A stretch of DNA of 64,000 nucleotides from Felis catus (taxonomy: Eukaryota). The position numbers and the translations under genes were made by a program. The notes below the pieces were generated by a model. That model saw nothing but the letters and a program-made list of their open reading frames with translations, made no database searches and was not told the origin of the DNA. Below, one piece after another: positions 50,764-63,472 of this stretch (position 1 is its first letter; the number at the start of each line of letters is the position of its first letter). Location of the stretch: positions 16,804,001 to 16,868,000 of the forward strand of contig NC_058369.1 of NCBI RefSeq assembly GCF_018350175.1, read 5' to 3'.

Positions 50764-51452
50764 TTACCTTTCTTCTTACTACTTTATAAGACTTATTCAC
50801 ACATTAATGATATTGCTCCTTTATCTTCTATGATACAGATTTTTTTCAGTTCATTGTTTTTGTTTATTATGTTTTTAATGCACACTTCAGATTTTATATA
50901 TAAATGTGTAAGGTCCATCCCATCCTTCCTTTTACCTGGCTTTGCTATGCACCCAGAAAAGCTTTGTCACCTATGTAAAATTGTGAGCAGTTACATATGT
51001 TCTGCTAGTACGTGTACTGGTTGATTTTTACTTAAGTCTTTATATGACATATATTTAAGTATATGATAGGTAAGGGGAAGCTTGTACTTTAACTTTTTCT
51101 CTATATGTTTTCTACTTGTTGGAAACACTCTTATACTGAATTCTTATATGTACTTTAGGTCTTTTCAGAATTTCCTGTTCTCTTCCACCATGTATCTGCC
51201 TGTGACAGGTCCACAGTATTTTAAGTATTGTATCTATTGTAGTTTTTCTATCTGCTAAGACTAATTCCTGGTGATAACTTTTCTTTTTCAAGTTTTCCAA
51301 GGCTATTCTCAAATGAGTATTTCTCAGTGAACTTAGAATCTTTTTGTCAAGTTCTGCAGAATAGTGCTGGGAATTTTGTGAGCTCATACACCTTACAGGT
51401 TGATGAGATAGAATTAATATCTTTATGAGGTTGCTCTTCTCTGCATTTATTC

Positions 51453-51460
<8 letters not shown>

Positions 51461-51494
<34 letters not shown>

Positions 51495-51513
51495 TGTGTG
51501 TGTGTGTGTGTGT
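51461..51513. repeat. (AC)n(GT)n palindromic microsatellite
   Basis: Read directly; the centre is CACGTG at 51489-51494. Confidence 0.95.
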
Positions 51514-51930
51514 ATACATCTTTTTTTTTTTTTTTTTTCCTCCCCAGGCTTCTCAGTAAAATTTCCTTCATGTAGGTTTTTCATATGTCTTGTTGAGTTT
51601 ATTTCCAGATTTTTTTTTTTGGTTGTTGTTTCTATTGAGTGTCCTTCCCCCTTCTATTATATATATTTTTCACCTGTTAAGAGTTGGTGTAGAGAAAAGC
51701 AACTGAGCAATTTAAGTTTATTTATTTATATATTTGTAAGTAATCTTTACATCCAATGTGTACTCAGACTCAAGACCCTGAGATCGAGAATTGTACTCTC
51801 CTCAGACTGAGCCAGCCAGGTGCCCCTCCATTGCAGATCCTATCCATACATTTTTCGATTTGGTTAAAGTTTTACCAGTCCTTGCTAGTACTAATTTCTG
51901 AATAGCTGATATAGAGAATGTTGGTAGTCT

Positions 51931-52552
51931 ATGGGAATGCAAGCTGGTGCAGCCACTCTGGAAAACAGTATGGAGGGTCCTCAAAAACTAAAAATAGAAC
52001 CACCCTGTGACCCAGCAATTGCACTACGAGGCATTTATCCAAGGGATATAGGTGTGCTGTTTCGAAGGGACACCTTCACCCCCATGTTTATAGCAGCACT
52101 ATCAACAATAGCCAAAGTATGAAAAGAGCCCAAATGTCCATCGATGGATGAACCGATAAAGAAGATGTGGTATGTATATACAATGGAGTATTACTCAGCA
52201 ATCAAGAAGAATGAAATCTTGCCATTTGCAACTACGTGGATGGAACTGGAGGGTATTATGCTGAGTGAAATTGGTCAGAGAAAGACAAAAATCATATGAC
52301 TTCACTCATATGAGGACTTTAAGGGACACAACAGATGAACATAAGGGAAGGGAAACCAAAATAATATAAAAACAGGGAGGGGGACAAAACAGAAGAGACT
52401 CATAAATACGGAGAACAAACTGAGGGTTACTGGAGGGGTTGTGGGAGGGGGGAAAATGGGCTAAATGGGTAAGGGGCACTAAGGAATCTACTCCTGAAAT
52501 CATTGTTGCACTATATGCTAACTAATTTGGATGTAAATTAAAAAAAAAAAAA
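51931..52552 (+). mobile_element. 5'-truncated carnivore L1 (ORF2 end, 3'UTR, polyA)
   Basis: ORF2 C-terminal text (KIEPPCDPAIALRGIYP...TPMFIAALSTIAK) and an A tail. TSD aatgtt(g/a)gtagtct. Confidence 0.92.
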
Positions 52553-52789
52553 TGTTAGTAGTCTAATTGAAAATACATCCAAAGTTAACAGGTCACTTGT
52601 GTACTAAAAAGTCACGAGTACTATTGGTTTATTGCAAGGATGACTGCTTAGATATGTGGCCGGTGATAGACCAGAAAATACTAACAGCTAATGATTTCTA
52701 CAGCACGTATGTACATCTCTGAGACCCGAGCTCAGTCAAGCCAGTACAGACTTCAGACCTTCAGACTTCTAACAAAAATCCCAGGGGGA

Positions 52790-53012
52790 GGGGCGCCTGG
52801 GTGGCGCAGTCGGTTAAGCGTCCGACTTCAGCCAAGTCACCATCTCGCGGTCCGTGAGTTCGAACCCCGCGTCAGGCTCTGGGCTGATGGCTCAGAGCCT
52901 GGAGCCTGTTTCCGATTCTGTGTCTCCCTCTCTCTCTGCCCCTCCCCCGTTCATGCTCTGTCTCTCTCTGTCCCAAAAATAAATAAACGTTGAAAAAAAA
53001 ATTAAAAAAAAA
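52790..53012 (+). mobile_element. Young SINEC_Fc
   Basis: TSD aaaaatcccaggggga. Confidence 0.95.
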
Positions 53013-53729
53013 AAATCCCAGGGGGAAACGCATCTTAACAACAGAGCATAAAATGATTAGGAAGATAATATATAAAAATATATTATTTGTAATTTGTTAG
53101 AAACCTTATTACAAGGAACTTACCTGACTTTTAAAAAATATTAAAAAATTTTTTTCATTGTGGTAAAATACAGGTAATGTAAAATTTAACATCTTAAACA
53201 TTGTTTTTTACAGCTTTATTGAGGTATCGTTTGTATACCATAAGATTTACTCAATTTAAGTGTACAGTTCAATGAATTTTAGTAAATTTATGGAGTTATG
53301 CAGCTTTCATCACAGTCTAATTTTAGAACATTTGTGATATCCCCAAAAGAAACTTCTTGCCCATTTGTGGTCATTCCCTGTTCCTATTCCCAGTCCAGAC
53401 AGCCACCAGTCTGCTTCCTGTCTGTGTAGACTTTCCTTTTCCAAAATTTCTCAGAACTCCTTTAGCCTCAGTTTCTTTGTCCAAAAAATGGGTTTCCTGA
53501 TGATCCTTACTTCATTTTATCATTGTGTGCATTAAGTGAGATAATCCAGTATCGGTCCAATGTCTGGTATTCAGTAAGCACTCAGTGAGTATTAGCTATC
53601 ATTATTATTTTACCTAGCTATCTGCAATCCTTAGGGATTAAACCTGCCATGTTTTCTTAGAGAGATCTAAAATATTAAATTAGATTTACTCAACTGCCTT
53701 TTTTTTTTTTTAACTGAACTTTAAACTAC

Positions 53730-54724
53730 TTTTATTTATTTTTTAAATTTACATCCAAGTTAGTTAGCATATGATTTCAGGAGCAGATTCTTTAATGCCT
53801 CTTACCCATTTAGCCCATCCCCCCTCCCACAACCCCTCCAGCAACCCTCTGTTTGTTCTCCATATTTAAGAGTCTTATGTTTTTGTCCTCCTTCCTGTTT
53901 TTATATTATTTTTGCTTCCCTTCCCTTATGTTCATCTGTTTTGTATCATAAAGTCCTCATATGAGTGAAGTCATATGATATTTGTCTTTCTCTAATTTCG
54001 TTTAGCGTAATACTCTCTAGTCCATCCATGTAGTTGCGAATGGCAAGATTTCATTCTTTTTCATTGTCAAGTAATACTCCATTGTATATATATGCACCAC
54101 ATCTTCTTTATCCATTGATGGACATTTGGCTCTTTCCATACTTTGGCTATTGTTGATAGTGCTGCTATAAACATGGGGGTGCATGTGTCCTTTCAAAACA
54201 GCACACCTGTATCCCTTGGATAACTACCTAGTGCAATTGCTGGGCCATAGGGTAGTTCTATTTTTAATTTTTTGAGGAACCTCCATACATTGTTCCAGAG
54301 TGACTGCACCAGTTTGCATTCCCACCAGCAGTGCAAAAGAGATCCTCTTTCTCTGCATCCTCGCCAACATCTGTTGTTGCCTGAGTTGTTAATGTTAGCC
54401 ATTTTGATACGCGTGAGGTGGTATCTCATTGTGGTTTTGATTTGTATTTCCCTGATGATGAGTGATGTTGAGCATCTTTTCATGTGTCAGTTGGCCATCT
54501 GGATGTCTTCTTTAGAGAAGTGTCTATTCATGTGTTTTGCCCATTTCTTCACTGAATTATTTGTTACTTAGATGTTGAGTTTGATAAGTTCTTTACAGAT
54601 TTTGGATACTAACCCTTTAGTTCATATGTCGTTTGCAAATATCTTTTCCCATTCCGTCAGGTGCCTTTTACTTTTGCTGATTGTTTCCTTTGCTGTGCAG
54701 AAGCTTTTTATTTTGATGAGTCCC
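53730..54724 (-). mobile_element. 5'-truncated carnivore L1, antisense
   Basis: ORF2 C-terminus [24 protein letters not shown]...CWRGC...[10 protein letters not shown]. The 3'UTR is the reverse complement of that at 52300-52540. Confidence 0.92.
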
Positions 54725-56024
54725 ACATCTTAAGCATTTTTTGTGTGTGCATCGTAACCATTTTTAAGTGTATAGCGTTGTTAAGTACGTTTACATTGTC
54801 ATGCAACCAGAACTCTTTTCATCTTGTAAAACTGACACCTTGCACCCATTAAACAACAAATCCCCATTTCTGCTTCCCACACCCTGGTAACTACTGTTCC
54901 ACTTTCTGTCTCTGTGAATTTGACTACTTTACTACTTGACATAAGTGGACTTACATAGTATTTATCTTTTTATAACTGGCTTATTTCACTTGGCAAAATA
55001 TCCTCAAGGTTCCTCTGTTTTAGTGTGTTTCAGAATTTCCTTTTTTTCAGGCTGAGTAATGTTTCATTGTATGTACATACCACATTTTGTTTATTCATTT
55101 ATCCATTGATGGACACATGGGTTGCCTCCACCTTTAGCCTATTGTGAATAATGCCACCGTGGGTGTGAATGGGTTGTATGTGTAATGCTCATGTACAAAT
55201 ACCTGTTTGAGCCCCTGCCTTCAATTCTTTGAGTATATATCCAGAAATGGAATTACTGGTTCATATGGTAATTCTATTTGTAATTTTTAGAGGAACCTCC
55301 ATACTGTTTTCCACGGCAGCTGCACCTTTATATTTCCACCAACAGTGTACAAGGGTTCCAGTTTCTCCACATCCTTGCCAGCATGCATTATTTTCCATCT
55401 TTTTTATAGTAGTCATCTTGAGGAATGTGAGATGGTATCTCATTGTAGTTTTGATTTTGCATTTCCCTAATGATCAGTGTTGTTTAGTATCTTTTCATGT
55501 ATTGTGTATCTGCTTTGGAGAAATGTCTATTCAGGTCCTTTGCCCATTTTTGAACAGAGTTTCTGTTGTTATGTTGTAGTTCTTTATATGTTCTGGGTAT
55601 TAACTCCTTATCAGATACATGACTTGCCAGTATTTTCTCCTATTCCATGGGTTGCCTTTTCACTCTGTTGATTGTGTCCTTTGATAGTCAGAAGTTTTAC
55701 ATTTTGATGTAGTCCTGTTTATCTGTTTTTTCTTTTGTTTCCTGTGCTTTTGGAGTTCTACTCAAGAAATCATTGCCAGATCCAATGTCACAAAGATGTC
55801 CTTCCTTTGTTTCTTCTCCTTTGTTTCTTCTAAGAGTTTTATAGCTTCAGCTCTTAAATTTAGGTCTTCGATCCATTTTGAGTTTATTTTTGTAAATGAT
55901 ATAAGGTAAGGGTCCAACTTCATCCTTTTGCATGTGGATTATAGTTTTCCCAGCACCGTTTGCTCAAAAGGCTGTCCCCCGTTGAATGGTCTTGGCACCC
56001 TTGTCAAAAATCATGTGACCCCAT

Positions 56025-56406
56025 GTATCAGTTTACTATGGCTGCCATAATAAAGTACCACAGACTGTGGCTTAAATAACAGAAATTTAGTTTCTCACAG
56101 TTCTAGATGCTGGAAGTCTGAGATCAAGGTGTTGATAGGGTTGATTTCTTCTGAGGCCTCTCTCTTGAGCTTGTGGATGGCCATTTTCTCGCTGTATCTT
56201 CACATAGTTGTCCTTCTGTGCATGTCTGTGTCCTAATCTCTTCCTATAAGGACAACAGTCCTATTGGACTAGTGCCCATTTGTATAATTTCAGTTTACTT
56301 TACCTCTTTTAAGGCTTTATCTCTAAATACAGTCACATTCTGAGATAATGAGGGGGGTGGGACTTCAACATATCAATTGGGGGCAGTACAGTTCAGCTCA
56401 TAACAT
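56025..56406 (-). mobile_element. MaLR LTR (MLT1-like) inserted in L1
   Basis: tgtatcagtttactatggctgccataataaagtaccacagactg...ttcagctcataaca. Confidence 0.8.
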
Positions 56407-56533
56407 CATATATGCAAGGGTTTATTTCTGGGTTCTTTCCTCTCTTTCATTGGTGTATATGTCTCTTTATGCCAGTATCACATTGTTTCAATTATTGTAG
56501 CTTTGTAATTTTCAAAATTAGCAGTTGTGAGGG

Positions 56534-56755
56534 CCCCCCCCCCCCCCCCCCCCCGGGGTGACTCTCAGTTGGTTGATTGTCCGACTTTGGCTCAGGTTCT
56601 GATGTCATGGTTTATGAGTTCAAGCCCCGCATTTGGCTCTCTGCTGTCAGCCTGGAAGCCCACTTCAGATCTTCTGTCCCCCTTTCTCTTTGCCCCTCCC
56701 CCACTGGTGCGCCCACACACACAATGTAATAAAACATTAAAAAAATTTTTTTTTA
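56534..56755 (+). mobile_element. Can-SINE with a poly-C run at its head
   Basis: SINE body preceded by a run of ~20 C. Confidence 0.8.
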
Positions 56756-57689
56756 ATTAATTGTGAAATCTTTAGCTTTGTTCTTCTTTTTCAAGATTGT
56801 TTTGGCTCTTTGGAGTCCCTTGAGATTCCATATGAATTTTAGTATGGATTTTTCTCCTTCTGTAAAAAATGTCATTGGGATTCTGATAAGGATTTCACTG
56901 AATCCCTAAAGATCAAAAATCCAAAAAAGTAGATCATTTTGGGGGAGGTTTGCCACCTTAGTATTAAATTTTTTTAATACATGAATATGGATAGCTATCC
57001 ATTTATTTATGTCTTTAATTTTAAAGTTTTTGGCAAAATTTTGTACCCTTTGCGTTCTTGGTTAAGTTTACTTCTGTGTAATTCTTTTTGATGCTATCGT
57101 AAATGGAATTTTTTTAAAATTTCTCATTTTCTAATTGTCCATTGTGATTATATACAAACAAATGAATTTTGTGTACTGATTTTTTTATTCTGCAATTTTG
57201 CTGAATTTATTTCTAACAGGCTTTTTATGAACTCTTTAGGGCTTTCTATATATAAAATCATGTCTGTATACAGAGATAATTTTTGCTTCCTCCTTTTTAA
57301 TTTAGATGCCTCTTATTTCTTTTTCTTGCCTGATTGCTCTGGCAATCCAGTATGATGTTAAATAGAAGTTGTACAAGTGGGAAGCCTGTCTTATTCCTAG
57401 TCATAGAGGAAGAGCTTTCAGGCTTTTACCAGTTTGATATGATGTTAGTTAAGAGTTTTTCACATATGGCCTTTATTATGTTGAAATAGAGGAACTTAAC
57501 TGACTTTTGTAGAAGGTGACACTGTTCTTAGGAAATTTGTCCAAAAGGTGAAATATCTCGCTACTCTGTTTCAAAGAAGTTAAAAACAACTTTTCCTATC
57601 TGAATAACAAAAAGTTGAAATAAAAATTTTACTTACAATTTCAAAGTGTAGGAGGTTGTATCTTTCTCCCAAAGCAGGGATAATTGGTG

Positions 57690-60189
57690 GTTTTTTTTTT
57701 TTTTTTCTTGTTTTATTTTAGAGAGAGAGCACATGAGCACATGAGCATGTGCCAGTAGGAGGGTGCAGAGAGAAAGAGAATCTTACTCAGGCCCCACAGC
57801 CAGTGTGGAGCCAAATGTGCTACTTGATCCCGTGACCCTGGGATCATGACCTGAGCCAAAAGAAAGTCAGACGCTCAACTGACTAAGCCACCCTGGTGCC
57901 CCAATTGCTATGTTTATATATACTAAAGAGGTAAACTACTGTGTATAAATTGAATTTTTTCCTGTTTTTGAAATATATTAGTCTCTTATGTAGAAAACAA
58001 AAAGTGGAGTCACATCTTTGTTAAAATAATTTTAGCTTTTATAATTGCCCATGTATGTACATTTACTGTGATCTTTATTTCTTCATGTGGCTTCAGGTTA
58101 CTATCAAGTGTCCTTTTGTTTTAGCAGTTCTTGCGGGTAGATCCGGTGGTAGTGAATTTGTTCAGCTTTTGTTTATCTGGGAATGTCCTAATGTCTCCTC
58201 AGTTTTGAAGGACAGTTTTGCTGGATATAGGATTTTTGTTTGCAGGGTTTTTTTCTTTTTCTTTTTCTTTTTTTAAAGTAGGGCTCCATGTCCAGTGTGG
58301 AGCCCAGTGCAGGGCTTGAACTTAGATCAAGACCTGAGATCAAGACCTGAGCTGAGGTCAAGTTGGATGCTTAACTGACTGAGCCACTCAGGCGCCTTAG
58401 CAGGCGTTTTTCTTTCAGTTCTTTGAATGTATGGATCTACTGCCTCTGGTCTCCAGAGTTCCTGGCGAGAGATCTGAGAATCTCTTTGAGGATCCCCTGT
58501 ATGTGATGAGTCGCTTCTCTCTCGCTGCTTTCCAGATTCTCCGTGTCTTTGGCTTGTGACAGTTGGCTACAGCGTCTTGTGTGGGTCTTTTGAGTTCATC
58601 CTACTTTGAGTTTTTAAGTTTCATGTCTTTCACCTAAGGAGTTTTAGGCCATTATTTCTTCAAATGTTTTCTCTGTCCCTTTCTTTCTTCTTTTTCTGGG
58701 ATTTCTACAGTGCTTTTGTTGGTCTGCTTGAAGATATCTTCACAGGTCCCTTAGACTGTGTTCACTTTTATTCAGTATTTTTTCTTTCTGTTCCTTAGAC
58801 TTGGTAATTTCAGTTGTCCTATTGTCAAGTCCACTGATTCTTTTGTCTGCCTGTGCAAATCTGCTTTTCAGTCTAGTGGTGAATTTTTCAGTGTAGTTAT
58901 AGCACTTTTCAGCTTCAGATTTTTTTTTTTTTGGTCTTTTTACATTTTCTCTTTGTTGATGTTTGCATCTTTCCTTACATTGTTTTCTTGGCCTTCTCTA
59001 CATCTTCCTTTAGTTCTTTGAGCATCTTCTTTTTAAAATTTATTTCTATTTTTATTAATGTTTATTTTTGAGAGAGTAAGCACACAAACTGGAGAGGGAC
59101 AGAGAGAGAGAGAGAGAGGGAGACAGAGGATCCGAAGCAGGCTGTGTGCTTTCAGCACAGAGCTCAGTGTGGGGCTCAAACTCACAAAGCATGAAATCAT
59201 GATCTGAGCTGAAGTCGGATGCTTAACCAGCTGAGCCACCCAGGTGCCCCAGTTCTTTGAGCATCTTTAAGATAGTTGTTTTAAAGTATATGGGGCACCT
59301 GGGTGGCGCAGTCGGTTAAGCGTCCGACTTCAGCCAGGTCACGATCTCGCGGTCCGTGAGTTCGAGCCCCGCGTCAGGCTCTGGGCTGATGGCTCGGAGC
59401 CTGGAGCCTGTTTCCGATTCTGTGTCTCTCTCTCTCTCTGCCCCTCCCCCGTTCATGCTCTGTCTCTCTCTGTCCCAAAAATAAATAAACGTTGAAAAAA
59501 AAAATTAAAAAAAAAAATAAAGTATTTGTCTAGTACATCTACCACCAAGTCTTCTTCAGGAGCAATTTTTTTTTTTTTTTAAGTTAATGTATTTTGAGAA
59601 AGTGCAAGCAGGGGAGGGGCAGAGAAAGAGGGAGAATCTCAAGCAGGCTCTGTGCTGTCAGTACAGAGCCCCGATGGGGGGCTCAAACTCATGAAGCAGT
59701 GAGATCATGACTTGAGTTGAAATCAAGAATTGGACACTCAACCAACTGAGCCATCCGGGTGCCCCTTCAGGGACAATTTCTGTTTTTTTGTTTTGTTTTT
59801 CCATTTGAATGGGCCACACTTGCCTGTTTTTTTGTATGCCTTGTGCTTTTTTGTTGAAAACTGGACATTTGAATCTAATGATGCGGTGACTCTGGAAATC
59901 AGAATCTCTCCCTTCCTCGGGGTTTGCTGGGCTTTTTGTTTTTTTGTTTTTTGTTGTAGCCTGTGTGTCAAGAATTAGCTGAGGTTTAGGGGTGCCTGGG
60001 TGGCTCAGTCACTTAAGCATTCACCTTCAGCTCATGACCTCATGACCTCATGGTTCATGAGTTCAGGTTCTGCGTTAGGCTCTGTGCTGACAGCTCAGAT
60101 CCTCAAGCCTGCTTCGGATTCTGTGTCTCCCTCTCTGTCTGCAAACCTCCCCCCACCCCCTCCACCCTGGTTTGCACTCTGTGTCTGTG

Positions 60190-60229
<40 letters not shown>

Positions 60230-61100
60230 AAAAATAAATATCAAAAAGAAAAAAAGAAAAAGAATTAGCTGAGGTTTCTGAACTTAAGGTCTTCTCAAGT
60301 CTTCTAAGCCTGTGCCTTTCCCTGGATGTGCATGGTGACTTTCTCATTTCCCCTGTGTATATGGTTGCTTTCGAATGTCAGTCTGGTTCCCACATGTCAG
60401 TCTGGCTCACAGAAGGGAAAAAAGACAAATGGAGGGGTGAGTGGAAGGAGGAGTACTGTTTCTTTATTTATTAAAAATGTTTGTTTATTTTGAGAGAGAG
60501 TGTGAGCAGGGGAGGGGCAGAGAGAGAGAGAGAGGGAGAGAGAGAATCCCAAGCAGGCTCTGTGCTGCTAGCATAGAGCCTGACATGGGGCTCAGACTCA
60601 CAGACCGTGAGATCACGACCTGAGCCAAAATCAAGAGTCGGACACTCAACCGACTGAGCCACCCAGGTCCCCCAGCACTGGAGCTTTAAATCCCCTTTGA
60701 AGTCACTTCCACCTGAGGGAAGGTGCAGCAGTGGAGGGAGGTGTTTGTCCACCTTCCCCTTTGCTCCTCTGAGATCGGAAGCAGCAGTCCGTGATCAGAG
60801 CCCAGATCCCCCGTATCTGGAGGACAGAGTCCTTGCTGCCTACTCTGGCTCCCACAGACTGTGCAGGCTGCTCCAGAAACACGTGCAGGGCTGGGGGCTG
60901 GGTAGCTACTACTGTGCCAAGACCTAAAATTCACCAAAATTTACCACCTAAGCCTTCCTCTGTGAGCTACAAGCCTTCAGTAGACTCCAGAGCTCCAAAA
61001 TAGTCACCTCAGACAGATTCCGCCAGTGCCATTGTTGTCTTGGTGGGCACAGGTTTCTGCTGCTTCCTGCTCTTCCACTTCCCAGAATATTCCTCATAAA
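57690..61100 (-). mobile_element. Old L1 5'/ORF1-region fragments with seven Can-SINEs (~57700-, 58260-, 59030-, 59293+, 59570-, 59990+, 60460-)
   Basis: Antisense L1 text (ttttgaaggacagttttgctggatataggattttt; gccattatttcttcaaat) broken by SINE bodies. Confidence 0.75.
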
Positions 61101-61499
61101 TTTTTTAAAAAGGTTTTACTTGGACAGTTTGCAAACTAGTGAGAGAATCTTAACCCCCAGGACTGCCACCATTGTGTGCACATGCCACGCCCTGGGAGCA
61201 GCACTCCTCCTGGTCTCCAAAACCTCTTCTGCGGCACATTCTTTCAGGCGTGGGGCAGGCGGCCTGCACAGAGCAGTGGGCTGGAGAGCACCGGCCCAGG
61301 ACCCAAGGCTCTTCCCAGGCCCTGGGAGGACAGAGACTAGGATAGCTACTTCCTCTAGCCGGGACTTGATTTTTTTTTATCCAGAAAGTGTGAGAATTGG
61401 TCTGGATTCGTGTTTCTTCAGCAAACAAACTTTTGTGTATAATCCAGACCAAAAAACCTCCCAAGTTCAGCAGTACATGAAGTGAAAATAAGGGTTTAA

Positions 61500-61612
61500 A
61501 TTAGGAGGGGAGGGTAGGTGAGGGGTACTGAGGAGGGCACCTGTTGGGATGAGCACTGGATGTTGTATGGAAATGAATTTGACAATAAATTCCATGTTAA
61601 AAAAAAATTAAA
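61500..61612 (+). mobile_element. Very short felid L1 3' end
   Basis: gaggagggcacctgttgggatgagcactggatgttgtatggaaa...tttgacaataaatt followed by an A tail. Confidence 0.7.
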
Positions 61613-63284
61613 AATAACTAAATTATTACAGCAATTTTTTAACACTGGTCTAGTGAATTACAGAAAATGTGTCAAAGCAGAGAGACATGCAAAGCAAAGT
61701 CAGCATAAGTGAAGTTAAGCTTTTACCATGACTCTGTGATTTGTAGTTCAAATGGAGGGTGGATATAAGTTGGGAAGCTATGGGCAACCCTCTTTGTGCG
61801 ATCCGGCCCCAGTTTCCTCACCTGAAAAGCAGGGGCCGGAAGAGTCGTCCTCTAAGAAGACCTTCCAATTGTAACTCCAAAATTCTCAGTTCTGTGACTA
61901 CAGGGCATAAAGCTGGCAGGCGTGGTGAGGGGCTCATGAGGGTGGTGGGAGTGCTGCGGCTTCAGAGCTTCCTTTCTGACTCCTGTTCTGCTTGGCTCCT
62001 CCGTGTGTAGGTGACAGAGAACATGGCAGGTGGGACACGGAGGGCCGCGTTTCTTGGCTGGATTAAAAGTGCCAGTGGAGTTGTGTGGCTTGGAGGGAAG
62101 GTTGCTTCCATTGTCTCCCAGAGATGGTGTTAGGAAGTACAAAGACAAATCTTCTCTATTTTAACCTTTTTATGTGTGCTTTATCGAGTATTTTAAAAAA
62201 TGTGTAGCTAGCACATCAGATTTGTTGTTTCAAAGAGGTGGCAGCTTAAGATGTGGCTCCCGCTTTGAAAAATGGCGTCAGCCTGAAGGGAAAGGTTAAG
62301 TCCCCATGGTATTTGATGACAGCAGAGGTTCTGATGGGGAGGGGGTGGTGACTAGATTCCAGACGCCCTGGTCACACCTTACCAGCATGGCCGTGAGCCT
62401 TCGCCTTGCTCTGCGCCCTCTGGAGGCTGCTCCACAAGGGAGCTTACATTCCTGCTCCGAGAGGACGACGGGGCCCAGGGGAGAGCTGCTGAGTGGGACG
62501 GGCCCCAGCTCTCCCTTCTGAGGCAGGGGCCTTGGAGCCCAGCTCCACAGGGTGGTGTCCTGGAGGGTTTCTTCTAGCAGGTGGTGCTGGCTAGCTGTCC
62601 CCTGGAGTCCGGGGGTGGGGGGGGGGCTGGTTCACCCAGCTGGGGGGCGAGGGCGTGCACGGTGCCTCCGGCCCAGCCCTTTTTTGTGTTGGGCACTTGC
62701 TTCTTGGAGAGTATGTTGTCTACTCTTCTCTGTGAGCACAGGTTTTGTCTGCTTTGTTTTGTGTCCCCAAAATGAGAAAAGTTTTGTTTTTTATAAAGAG
62801 TAAAAGCATTCAATATAAAAAATAGAGTATTAAATACATATCCCTATGTATATAGAGAATAGGATAAATTACTTAGACCCAGTGGTAATCACGTAACATT
62901 TTGGTGTATAACCTTCTAGAATCTTTTGTCTTTGTGTATACACCTAGTTGGCTCTCAGTATCTATGTAATTTTACATAAATGAAATCCTACTGCTCATCT
63001 GTTACTTTTTTTTTCCCCCAACGATAAATATGTCATAAACATCTAAACATAATAGAGACTCTTGTCTTCAGCCTTTGTGGCTGTAGAGTATTTTGTGGGT
63101 AGGTTTGACATAATTTATTTAAACAGTCCTCTTTAATGGAAATTTTGGTGGCATCCAGTATTTGGCCATGTTAATACTGTGATAAATACCCTGTGTGTTC
63201 ATCCAAGCATTTGCTTTACTGGGTATCTTTTACTGTAGGTTTTAGATATAGAACTGTGGGTCAGCATTAAGTACTTTAACGTTT

Positions 63285-63472
63285 TTTTCCTAGTATTTAT
63301 TTTTTTTGAGAGCAGCAGGGAGGGGCAGAGAGAGGCTAGGGGTGGCAGGGCACAGAGGATCTGAAGCAGGCTCTGAGCTGACAGCAGACAGCCTGATGTG
63401 AGGCTGGAACTCACAAACCCTGGGATCATGACCCGAGTTGAAGTCAGATGCTTAACTGAGCCACCCAGACAC
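63285..63472 (-). mobile_element. Can-SINE about 250 nt upstream of PTPN23 exon 3
   Basis: Diverged SINEC body. Confidence 0.85.

Larger units (their letters stand above)
53133..57489 (-). mobile_element. Older L1 (L1MA/MB-type), antisense, hosting nested insertions
   Basis: Continuous antisense L1 text flanked by a 19-bp TSD aggaactta(c/a)ctgactttt at 53114-53132 and 57490-57508. Confidence 0.85.
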
